Shown here one piece after another: positions 41,932 to 50,160 of a stretch of 64,000 nucleotides of DNA. This DNA comes from Chloroflexota bacterium (lineage in GTDB: Bacteria > Chloroflexota > Anaerolineae > Anaerolineales > Villigracilaceae): NCBI GenBank assembly GCA_024224815.1, contig JAAENC010000726.1, positions 3,774 through 67,773 of the forward strand, written 5' to 3'. The translations under genes were made by a program, and so were the position numbers. Each line of letters opens with the position of its first letter. The first letter of the stretch is position 1. Under the pieces are notes generated by a model. The model worked only from the letters and a program-made list of their open reading frames with translations. It did no database searches and was not told the origin of the DNA.

Positions 41932-41966
41932 GAAATGTGTGATTTGCCCCTTTTATTCAAAATTAA

Positions 41967-42005
41967 ACAAAAAAGCTATCTGAAAAATCCAGATAGCTTT
42001 TTTGT
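41967..42005. terminator. Bidirectional intrinsic terminator between convergent genes
   Basis: A-run, AGCTATCTG, 7-nt loop, CAGATAGCT, T-run. Confidence 0.7.
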
Positions 42006-42024
42006 TTATGAAGCGAAATATGAC

Positions 42025-42369
42025 TTAGTCGTTATCGGCTTCGTTGTCATCGTCGTCATCATCTTCTTCGTCCATATAGAAATCCATCAACAGGTAAAGA
42101 CCCTGTGAAAGACCTCTCAAAACGAGGAATACAAAGACGCCGCCCATAACAGGCTCAGAGAAAACACCAGCAAATGCTGCAATTTTCTCAAAGGCTCCAG
42201 GGGGCAAAGATTGGGAAACCGCTGCCCAATTGGAAATAATCGAATACATTGTGCTGCTGAAAGTCAATAAAGACAATGCCAAAGCAATCCAGGAAACGAT
42301 ATTCGACCACATCGCGATGCGAAAAATAGCATCTTCGTTGTGGAAAGTTGTGCTCTCTTTTTCAGACAT
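42025..42369 (-). CDS. Small membrane protein with poly-Asp tail
   Basis: 114 aa, 3 hydrophobic segments, C-terminal EEDDDDDDNEADND. Confidence 0.5.
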   Translation of the reverse strand: MSEKESTTFHNEDAIFRIAMWSNIVSWIALALSLLTFSSTMYSIISNWAAVSQSLPPGAFEKIAAFAGVFSEPVMGGVFVFLVLRGLSQGLYLLMDFYMDEEDDDDDDNEADND

Positions 42370-42400
42370 TTTTTCTCCTTAAGTTTAATAACTAATGGGC

Positions 42401-43222
42401 TTATTTTATCAGAGAAATGAGATTATACACATCTCTTCTGGCCCAGCCGGATTCTTTTGCCAAACGCTTAGCTAATGCAGATGGGGATTCGCCTGCGGCA
42501 ATCCCCGTTTCTATCGCAGAATTTAGGCTTGCCTCCGTCCATTTGGCGTTATCCGGTTTTTTAGCTGCTACCACCAAAGTGAACTCCCCTCGTGGAGCGT
42601 TAATTTCAAAATATTCCCGCGCAGCAGAGACATCGCCACGAAAGAACTCCTCGTACATCTTTGTCAACTCTCGCGCTACGGCTATTTTTCTGTTGCCCAA
42701 TACCTTTTCAATATCATCCAAAGCCTTCAAAACCCTGTGTGGCGACTCAAGAAAGATCAAGGTATAAGGTTGAGATTCCACCTCTGCTAATTTCTCTCTT
42801 CGCTCTTTGCCTTTGCGCGGTAAATAACCAAGATAGAGGAAAGAATCGGTTGGCAAACCAGATGCCACCAATGCCGCTATCGGCGCAGATGCCCCGGGGA
42901 TGGGGCTAACTTCATGTCCTGCGGAAAGGGCGGCACGCACCAGCTCATAGCCGGGATCGTTGATTCCGGGCGTTCCCGCGTCTGAAACAAGGGCGATATT
43001 GCCTTCGCTTAGCGCAGCGAGAACTTTATCCAATTTACTGGCTTTATTATGTTCGAAATAACTGGTTTGGGGTGTAGAGATATTGAAATGGGCAAGCAAA
43101 TTTCCGGTCACGCGCGTATCTTCCGCAGCTATCAGCGTAGATTCGCGCAAAATCCGCTCTGCGCGAGGAGAGAGATCTTCAAGATTACCGATTGGCGTGG
43201 CGACAAGATAGAGCGTGTTCAT
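42401..43222 (-). CDS. rsmI: 16S rRNA (cytidine1402-2'-O)-methyltransferase RsmI
   Basis: LYLVATPIGNLEDLS...AEDTR...SDAGTPGINDPG. I prefer the ATG at 43222; the track uses the GTG at 43228. Confidence 0.85.
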   Translation of the reverse strand: MNTLYLVATPIGNLEDLSPRAERILRESTLIAAEDTRVTGNLLAHFNISTPQTSYFEHNKASKLDKVLAALSEGNIALVSDAGTPGINDPGYELVRAALSAGHEVSPIPGASAPIAALVASGLPTDSFLYLGYLPRKGKERREKLAEVESQPYTLIFLESPHRVLKALDDIEKVLGNRKIAVARELTKMYEEFFRGDVSAAREYFEINAPRGEFTLVVAAKKPDNAKWTEASLNSAIETGIAAGESPSALAKRLAKESGWARRDVYNLISLIK

Positions 43223-43227
43223 GGGCA

Positions 43228-44127
43228 CTAATCTAAAAGAGCTATGTCGTCTACAAAGGCGTCAAACTCTTGCTCAACTTGCTCCCTAAATGGTTCTGTG
43301 CTAGCAAAAGAAATGACTAAAAAGCGTTCGTTGATTTTAAAGAGAGCTTGTTTTTGATAAAGGTAAAAGGTTTTCTCTGTGTTTGTACTTATTTCTCTTT
43401 CAGATGCAACCAAAGCAACTGGCATACCAGAAGATGTTTCTGAAATATTGGCAGATGTTATCAATAAACCAGGAATTGCTTTCGGAAGGTCTATAACGGT
43501 TGCCGCAAAATATTCTTCCAAAAACATATCTGAATTATCGAACGGTGTATCAAACGCCAAACTCATCCTATTTACAAAGCCATTACTATAGTGACCATCA
43601 CGTAAATCCCACAAGGTAAGACGAGTGACGTTGGGGTCTTGTTTTTCTATCAACTGCAAGATTTCCAACACTTCTGGCTCAGCAGCTTCGGGCAAGGTCC
43701 ATGCTGCTAGATATTCTTCTTCGCCTGGGCGGAGAGCCAGCCATTCTAGCGGGGTGCTGATCTTGTATCTTTCCTCATAATCTGTATAAACAGTCACGCC
43801 TTCATCATTTTCTTCTAGCGCACTTCCCGTATCAGGATAATCTACTTCGGTCGGTGTGCTTGTCGGCGGAATTACCGTTGGTGAGGGGAGAGGTGTTTCT
43901 GTTGGAATAGGCGTAGCCGTATTTGTTGGAATCGCTTCCAGCGTTTGAGCAACTTTTGTGCCTGCGGCCTCTGCGATCATAATTTCAAGGTCTAAAGGGT
44001 TTAGTGTAGGCACTTCAGTATTTTCCGGCGTTGTCCCTAAAAAAGGGATAGATGTCGCACAAGCGACTGATATGAGAAAAACACCGATTGTGAGAAAAAA
44101 CAAGCTTTTCTTTTGATGATTTGACAT
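43228..44127 (-). CDS. Hypothetical lipoprotein
   Basis: Lipobox LISVAC, a Pro/Thr-rich linker, then a ~200-aa domain of unknown family. Confidence 0.55.
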   Translation of the reverse strand: MSNHQKKSLFFLTIGVFLISVACATSIPFLGTTPENTEVPTLNPLDLEIMIAEAAGTKVAQTLEAIPTNTATPIPTETPLPSPTVIPPTSTPTEVDYPDTGSALEENDEGVTVYTDYEERYKISTPLEWLALRPGEEEYLAAWTLPEAAEPEVLEILQLIEKQDPNVTRLTLWDLRDGHYSNGFVNRMSLAFDTPFDNSDMFLEEYFAATVIDLPKAIPGLLITSANISETSSGMPVALVASEREISTNTEKTFYLYQKQALFKINERFLVISFASTEPFREQVEQEFDAFVDDIALLD

Positions 44128-44319
44128 GATGCCTCCTTCTATATGAGCCTCATAATTATACGTGCTAAATTGATATTAGGGCGTATGAATGGTAAAAAAA
44201 GACAGACTTTTGGCTTTGCTAATATTGTCAACTTAGCTCGTACCAAAGGTCTGCCTTTTCTGACACCTCCCTCTATATCGGGATGTGTCATGTCGTTACT
44301 TGCAAACTATCTTTCAAAA

Positions 44320-45684
44320 CTACCCCATATTCTTCTTCATATTGAAGCGTAAAACCGCATTATAAACCTGCTCCATTTTCGTAAACATCTCTTTATCTTG
44401 CGGAGAAAGTTTATCTTCTTGTCCTTGCGATTGAGCAATAATACCGCTCAAAGTTTTGAGCAGTTCATCGTTAATTTCACCTTCACTATCTGCGATCAGC
44501 TTGTCTAAAGCCTCCTCATTTTCGGCAGAAAGCATTTTCTCGATGAATTCATAGCCAGCCATTGAGCCGCTCGCCTGCTGCAAAACAGCCACCACCTGCT
44601 GCAATTTTGCCAACAAAGCTTCGTCTTTTTCTTCGGTGGCCTTATGCAGCATTGCCTCCAAAACCTGAACAAGGTTCTGATCAAAATTCTGCAAATTGGC
44701 TTGAGTCGCACCGGCAATATCTTCCTGCTGTAGGAGGGATTCAAGGAATCCGCGCGCCTGCTGAAGACGAGATTCCATTTGTTTATCGATCTCGTTGATC
44801 ATTGTCAGGATGCGCTCGCGCGTGGCTTCAAATTGCCCACGTTTTTCATCGTCTTTTTCTTCCTCTACGCGGTTCGTTAATAACTGGAAGAATTCATAAT
44901 CTAGCCCCTGCCGCGCCATACTAACATAAGCCTGCTCACGCGCTTCGTTAGGCGAATCTAAAATCAAATCCAGCAATTTCTCACGGGTCAAACTTTCTCC
45001 CAGCTCTTGTAGGGATTGAGCAGCAAATTCCATTTCTTTCATGGAAGACTGGATCTCTTGCCCATAGGCTGTTTCTTCGAGCAAAAGTTTTTCTATTGTT
45101 TTCATTTGCTCTGCTGTTTCGCCTTGTCCCTGCGCTGCAGCAGCCTGGCCGAGTTGACCAAAAAGAGCAAAGAATTGATCGTCGAAGAGACTCTCATCTT
45201 CTTTTATCAGCGCTTTTCTTGCTTCATCATCTTTCATTGTTAGCAATTTTTCAATTAGCCCAACACGATCTTTCTGTGCTTTAATCATTTCTGGCGTAAC
45301 GCCATCTGCGCCAAGAATCCGCTCGACCATGCTCTCGTGGGTAAAAAAGGTCTGTGGATTAAGCAAATAGCCTTTTCGTTTTTCTGCGGGGAGTTTGTCT
45401 GTTAGTTTCTTGATCTGGGGACCAACGATCCGTTCTTGTTCATTGACGGGAATCGCCAGCTCAGGCGGAAAAAATGTGAGTAAAAGCTCTTTGTCATTAT
45501 CATGATATATAACGGGGGTGGGGATTTGTCCGGCATATCCGCAAGTTTGACATTGAGCGACATTTGAGACATTGCCAAGCAGACGTTGTTTTGCGCCGGG
45601 GTCAGCAGAGACATCAAAAAGTTGTTCAATATTTGCGACAAGGGGTTGTCTACATTGCGGGCATGGGATTTGTTGTTGGGGCAT
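44320..45684 (-). CDS. CpXC-domain protein with long helical C-terminal region
   Basis: N-terminal IPCPQCRQ...AQCQTCGYAG (two CxxC pairs, CpXC layout), followed by ~350 aa of E/K/Q/L-rich helical sequence. Confidence 0.6.
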   Translation of the reverse strand: MPQQQIPCPQCRQPLVANIEQLFDVSADPGAKQRLLGNVSNVAQCQTCGYAGQIPTPVIYHDNDKELLLTFFPPELAIPVNEQERIVGPQIKKLTDKLPAEKRKGYLLNPQTFFTHESMVERILGADGVTPEMIKAQKDRVGLIEKLLTMKDDEARKALIKEDESLFDDQFFALFGQLGQAAAAQGQGETAEQMKTIEKLLLEETAYGQEIQSSMKEMEFAAQSLQELGESLTREKLLDLILDSPNEAREQAYVSMARQGLDYEFFQLLTNRVEEEKDDEKRGQFEATRERILTMINEIDKQMESRLQQARGFLESLLQQEDIAGATQANLQNFDQNLVQVLEAMLHKATEEKDEALLAKLQQVVAVLQQASGSMAGYEFIEKMLSAENEEALDKLIADSEGEINDELLKTLSGIIAQSQGQEDKLSPQDKEMFTKMEQVYNAVLRFNMKKNMG

Positions 45685-45850
45685 GAAATTATCCTTCTTT
45701 GTTGAGTTTTTTGCCCCTAAGAACTCAGAGGCTATATTTTTTAGCGAAAACCTATTGTACTCGTTAAATATTCATCTTCTATAAGAGTTTTGCATAAAGT
45801 CTGGGGAAAAGAAAAAAAATCTGTTGAAAAGCAGAATTTTTTAGCGCGCA

Positions 45851-46387
45851 TTATGCTAATGTGGCAAGAGAAGCATACTGCTCGACCAAGCTAAATACAA
45901 GTGCGCTGCCGCCGATGCAGAGTGTGCAAAGGGCAACCAGAGAGAAGACGATCCCGATGATGAGGAAAACCTTCCCGCCAACGCGACGTTCTAAAACGGC
46001 ATCTTCTCGATTGTTGGGATCGTAGTAGACGGTTACTCTTTCCCCAACTGGATATCGGGCTAATGCCTCTTGTGCTTTCATTTGGCTGCTATTTCCCGTT
46101 TTAGTACCAAAGGCGATTTTATCTCCTGTAAATGTTGCGACGAGGAGGTCGTATTCATAACGCACTTCGGAGTAATAATAAGTCTGGGGGTAGCCATCGT
46201 TGTCAGTGCTATCTTCTCGTCTTACGTAGGATTCTGTGATCTGCCCAGAAGCTGATGACCAGCCTTGGCTGGCTTCTGCTTTTTTGCTGTCTTGAAAATA
46301 TTTGAAGAGCATCGCCCCGCCGATAATGCCAAAGATCAATACAAAACATCCGCCAATTATTATTCCTACTATCATATTTGCCTCCAA
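45851..46387 (-). CDS. DUF3592-family membrane protein
   Basis: TM, then GWSSASGQITES...YYSEVRYEYD...YPVGERVTVYYDPNNREDAVLE, then TM. Confidence 0.7.
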   Translation of the reverse strand: MEANMIVGIIIGGCFVLIFGIIGGAMLFKYFQDSKKAEASQGWSSASGQITESYVRREDSTDNDGYPQTYYYSEVRYEYDLLVATFTGDKIAFGTKTGNSSQMKAQEALARYPVGERVTVYYDPNNREDAVLERRVGGKVFLIIGIVFSLVALCTLCIGGSALVFSLVEQYASLATLA

Positions 46388-46396
46388 ATGAATATC

Positions 46397-46894
46397 TTAA
46401 CTTCCCATAAAACTTAACCACGCAAAGAATAAGCCAACTAAAGTTGTGCAGATAGAAACAAAGACAAAAAGAATCCCTACAAAGAGAAATACTTTTCCGC
46501 CTGTGCCGATATTGCGTATCAGCACAGAGTCTTTAGGATTGTTGGGGTCGTAAAAGACGGGAATTTCTTTCCCTACAGGATATTTGGCCAGCGTTTCTTC
46601 GGATTTTTTACGGTTGCTATTTCCTGAGCTTCCACCAAAAGAAATTTTATACCCTGTATATTCGGTGCCGAGAAATTCGTAGGTATATTCTACTTCGGGA
46701 TAGTAGAGTGTGTTGCCACTCTCAAAGCTCGCTTCTTTATCTAAGGATGCTTTGGTGATTTTTCCGAAGGTAGAAGACCAACCTTGGCTTTTATCGGCAT
46801 TTTTTTGCTCTTGAAAATATTTATAGACCATCCAGACACCGGCAATACCAAAAAGAACGACAAGGCTGCTACCAGCGATTATAGCAATAAGCAT
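46397..46894 (-). CDS. DUF3592-family membrane protein (tandem paralogue)
   Basis: Same layout: GWSSTFGKITKA...YYPEVEYTYEF...YPVGKEIPVFYDPNNPKDSVL, flanked by TM helices. Confidence 0.7.
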   Translation of the reverse strand: MLIAIIAGSSLVVLFGIAGVWMVYKYFQEQKNADKSQGWSSTFGKITKASLDKEASFESGNTLYYPEVEYTYEFLGTEYTGYKISFGGSSGNSNRKKSEETLAKYPVGKEIPVFYDPNNPKDSVLIRNIGTGGKVFLFVGILFVFVSICTTLVGLFFAWLSFMGS

Positions 46895-47160
46895 TTTTTT
46901 ACTTCCTCTAATAATATTTTGTTATTTTCAAAGAGCAGGTCGTAAACAAACCCAATCAATTAATAATTATTGTACTGTTATAGCCTATTGAAAGCAAAGA
47001 TAAGATATAGCGCTTTGGAAAATAGAGATAGTAGCCTTCTTGCATAAGTGCTCTAGCCGCCGTCCTCGGCGGCGTGTTTCTGAGAAGCTTGCGCCGAGGA
47101 CGGCGCAAAGAGCGTGGTAAAAAACAGACTTTTGTAAGAAGCCTAATATTTCTGTGTGAA

Positions 47161-47195
47161 AAAGGTAGGGTTAGAAAGGTAGGGTTAACCCTACC
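47161..47195. repeat. Tandem 13-mer AAAGGTAGGGTTA x2 overlapping a perfect 18-bp palindrome GGTAGGGTTAACCCTACC
   Basis: Direct copies at 47161-47173 and 47175-47187. Palindrome at 47178-47195, about 55 nt upstream of the ATG at 47250. Confidence 0.75.
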
Positions 47196-47249
47196 AAGAA
47201 ATAAATCTTTTTTGTCATAATAGCCGCACTTAGACAAAGGAGCTTTATT

Positions 47250-48329
47250 ATGAATGCAAAAAAGATTTTTATCGTTTTCGTTTTATCAATGATGTTGGGT
47301 ATAACTTTATCTCTTGTAAATATGCAAATTGCTCAGGCGCAGGGATGTACAGATGCTACAGGTGCTCCAATTGAATGTCCTAGCGATGACACCGGCAGTG
47401 GTGATACCGGTGGAGATACTGGGGGCGATGATACCGGCAGCGACGATACTGGTGGTGACGATACTGGTGGTGATGATACCGGCAGCGATGATACAGGTAG
47501 CAGTGATAGCGATGATCAAAAAAACACACCCATCCCGCCTACGGCAACATTTACACCAACGCCAACTCTTTCTTCCACAGTGCCTACCGACCCAACGCCT
47601 ACATCAGAACCATCTGGTTCAAGTACAGGTGAAAACGATGCTGGATCTCCTGCAGTAATTTGCGGAAATGATCCCAAACACCCCAGCCGTGTAGTAAATT
47701 GCGCACTCAAATTAACAAATAAGTGTCTGAATGCCGAAGGCACATCGTCACAAACGCCCCAAGAAGATGGTCATATTTTAGTGACTTGCAGTAAAGACGT
47801 TTTAGACGAACCTTTGCCGGAAGACGAAAAAGAGCTATCAGCAACTCCTCCCAGCACAGATGAGGATATTACTTGCTACGACATGTTCTGTGTAATGGAT
47901 ATTTATATCGGCTGCTGGTGGTCAAATGGAAATTATAGTGAGACAGCAAATCCTGATGGTTCTGTCAGCGTTTCCTGTGACTCAGAGGGAGAAGGGTTTC
48001 CTTACCCCAATCTCGGATTATTAGCTTTTGGCATCCTAATTGGGCTTGCGGTTGTTGCGATCCCGGCATTTATTAAATACTGGGGGCGAAGAAAATCAAA
48101 TCGACCTAAAGATACAGAAATGAAGAATAAGGAAGCTGTATATCTGGGTGCAACAGATCAACCTAAAGCAGAACGTACACCAACAAGAGAACATATCCTT
48201 CTGAATAAGGAAGATGATGGGGCGACTTTGGGTGATTTTGATGGCGATGGTGATGTTGATGGCGCTGATTTTGCCTCAGGTGCTGGACGCGATATCGTTG
48301 TAAGCCGCGATGACAAAGATAAAGAATAA
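47250..48329 (+). CDS. Secreted acidic repeat protein with C-proximal TM and dockerin/EF-hand-like Asp-Gly segment
   Basis: Signal peptide, (D-D/G-T-G-G/S)n repeats, Cys-rich middle, TM LLAFGILIGLAVVAIPAFI, C-terminal GDFDGDGDVDGADF. Confidence 0.6.
   Translation: MNAKKIFIVFVLSMMLGITLSLVNMQIAQAQGCTDATGAPIECPSDDTGSGDTGGDTGGDDTGSDDTGGDDTGGDDTGSDDTGSSDSDDQKNTPIPPTATFTPTPTLSSTVPTDPTPTSEPSGSSTGENDAGSPAVICGNDPKHPSRVVNCALKLTNKCLNAEGTSSQTPQEDGHILVTCSKDVLDEPLPEDEKELSATPPSTDEDITCYDMFCVMDIYIGCWWSNGNYSETANPDGSVSVSCDSEGEGFPYPNLGLLAFGILIGLAVVAIPAFIKYWGRRKSNRPKDTEMKNKEAVYLGATDQPKAERTPTREHILLNKEDDGATLGDFDGDGDVDGADFASGAGRDIVVSRDDKDKE
47385..47516 (+). repeat. Intragenic 15-nt tandem repeat (about 8 units) encoding DDTGG/DDTGS
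   Basis: gatgataccggcagc / gacgatactggtggt units repeated head to tail. Confidence 0.8.
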
Positions 48330-48351
48330 GTAGCAACACTAATTAATAAAG

Positions 48352-48388
48352 AGAGCCTTCGCTGGGTTGATAGTTCAGCGAAGGCTCT
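48352..48388 (+). terminator. Stem-loop after the acidic repeat gene (weak U tract)
   Basis: 13-bp stem AGAGCCTTCGCTG / CAGCGAAGGCTCT. Confidence 0.4.
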
Positions 48389-48405
48389 TGTAAAAGGATA
48401 ATTTC

Positions 48406-49941
48406 ATGAAAAAAATATTTTTAATCTCAATTTTGATATCCATATTTGTCGCATCCTGCACGAGCGGAACACCGACATCCTCCGTTTCGAACGTGGAACC
48501 TGAACTTGCTCCCACTATAGAAACTGAGTCTCAGCCCGAGCCTGATCCCACTAAAGCCCCCGTTTTAGAAGAAGCCGTTCTTTATCAGGCCGGCGATACA
48601 ATATCCCATTTTGACGGCACCACACTTGTTTATATCCCGGCAGGTGAATTCACAATGGGCGTTGAAAAAGGCGAAGATAACCCCAAGACAGCAGCTTCAA
48701 CAGATGAGTTTTGGATCTATTCAACCGAAGTTACCAACGCCCAATACGCTCAATGTGTCGCAACAGGGGAATGCTCTCTGCCTGATATTGCTAATAATCC
48801 AAATTACGCTGAGACATTTTTCGCATCTCATCCTGTAAGCGGTGTTAGTCACACGCAAGCCCAAGCCTATTGTGGCTGGGTAAATGGACGCCTGCCCTCT
48901 GAAATAGAGTGGGAGAAAACCGCTCGCGGCCCCGAATCAGATATCTATCCTTGGGGGGAGGCAGCACCTACCTGTAACGAAGCTAACTTTGCCGACTGTG
49001 AGGAAGGCAGAAGCACAAATGTGATTTCGCATCCTGATGGACGTTCTTTTTACGATGCTTACGATATGGCAGGAAATGTCTTTGAGTGGGTAGAAGATCG
49101 GTATGCTGCCGATGCTTATATTAATGGGCAAGCTACAGAGGGCGAAGAACGAGTTCTTCGTGGTGGTTCATTTGCATCTTCTACAGAAGAATTGCTTGCC
49201 TACCAACGCTTTTCTGCCAAAGCAGAAGAAAGTCGAAACGATTTAGGTTTCCGTTGTGTAGTTGATGAGCCAGATTATTTTGCACCGATGTGTGTGCAGG
49301 CCCCAATTCAGCAGGGGCACTCTTCTCAAGATTTTGACCTAAACTGTCCTGTGCCCGATATAAAGCAAACATCTCAATACTGCCATAATGGGAAGCCATA
49401 TATTAATATCGAGATTAACTATACCCTAGGTCAGTTTGTAGATTTTGATGTGAGTCCTTATAAAGGATGTACCATAATTGGAGAGCCCGGGAATACTGGT
49501 TTTGCAAAATATGCTTGCTGGGGTGATCAAGAACTTGTGCCCGTGAGTCTTAGTATTTCTCAGGACTGTGTTGCAGGTGAATTGAACCCAACTTGCGGAG
49601 AAGGTTATGAATTTGACCTACAAAGCCAAACCTGTGTTTATAAAGGTGAAGGAGAAAATAAAAATAGCAACCAATGTCCGGTTGGGTATGCCTTTGACTC
49701 AGAGACTCAGTGTTGTAGTACGGCAGAAAAAGAATCATATTCCGTTTCTTGCCCACCAGGATATTATTTGCCCCAATGGAACGGAGAAATTATGGGAAGT
49801 ACATGTTTCACAATGATCGAATCTCATACTTCAGGCATTGGCTATGGGAGTTGTACAATTAAAGATAAGCCAGATGATGGTGATGGTGATGGTGGCGGTG
49901 ATGAATGTGTCCCCGATGCCACTGGTGGCGGATGTCCTTAG
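48406..49941 (+). CDS. Formylglycine-generating-enzyme (SUMF1/EgtB/PvdO) family lipoprotein with Cys-rich C-terminal extension
   Basis: Lipobox FVASC. YCGWVNGRLPSEIEWEKTARG...YPWG...NVFEWVED...RVLRGGSF. C-terminal ~220 aa contain many Cys. Confidence 0.75.
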   Translation: MKKIFLISILISIFVASCTSGTPTSSVSNVEPELAPTIETESQPEPDPTKAPVLEEAVLYQAGDTISHFDGTTLVYIPAGEFTMGVEKGEDNPKTAASTDEFWIYSTEVTNAQYAQCVATGECSLPDIANNPNYAETFFASHPVSGVSHTQAQAYCGWVNGRLPSEIEWEKTARGPESDIYPWGEAAPTCNEANFADCEEGRSTNVISHPDGRSFYDAYDMAGNVFEWVEDRYAADAYINGQATEGEERVLRGGSFASSTEELLAYQRFSAKAEESRNDLGFRCVVDEPDYFAPMCVQAPIQQGHSSQDFDLNCPVPDIKQTSQYCHNGKPYINIEINYTLGQFVDFDVSPYKGCTIIGEPGNTGFAKYACWGDQELVPVSLSISQDCVAGELNPTCGEGYEFDLQSQTCVYKGEGENKNSNQCPVGYAFDSETQCCSTAEKESYSVSCPPGYYLPQWNGEIMGSTCFTMIESHTSGIGYGSCTIKDKPDDGDGDGGGDECVPDATGGGCP

Positions 49942-50032
49942 CGTTGATCTTATGGACAGAGCATTTAGAAAAACACAATGTGATGTCTTTGCAAGCCCCG
50001 ATGCTTTTACCCTGACGGGTACACGTCGGGGA

Positions 50033-50094
50033 GAAGCAATCTCCTTCCTTGACCGGAGATTGCCGCGTCGCAAAAGCATGCTCCTCGCAAAGAC
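50033..50094. repeat. Partial nested-hairpin element (GAAGCAATCTCC..GGAGATTGCCGCGTCGCAAAAGCATGCTCCTCGCAAAGAC)
   Basis: Inner arms are intact and the left outer arm is missing. Same family as 26977-27066 and 59734-59814. Confidence 0.7.
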
Positions 50095-50160
50095 ATAGAA
50101 AGATAGTTTTGTCCAAATTTTATTTGCTTTATCCATTAGCCCCGCCCTTGTGGCGGGGCT

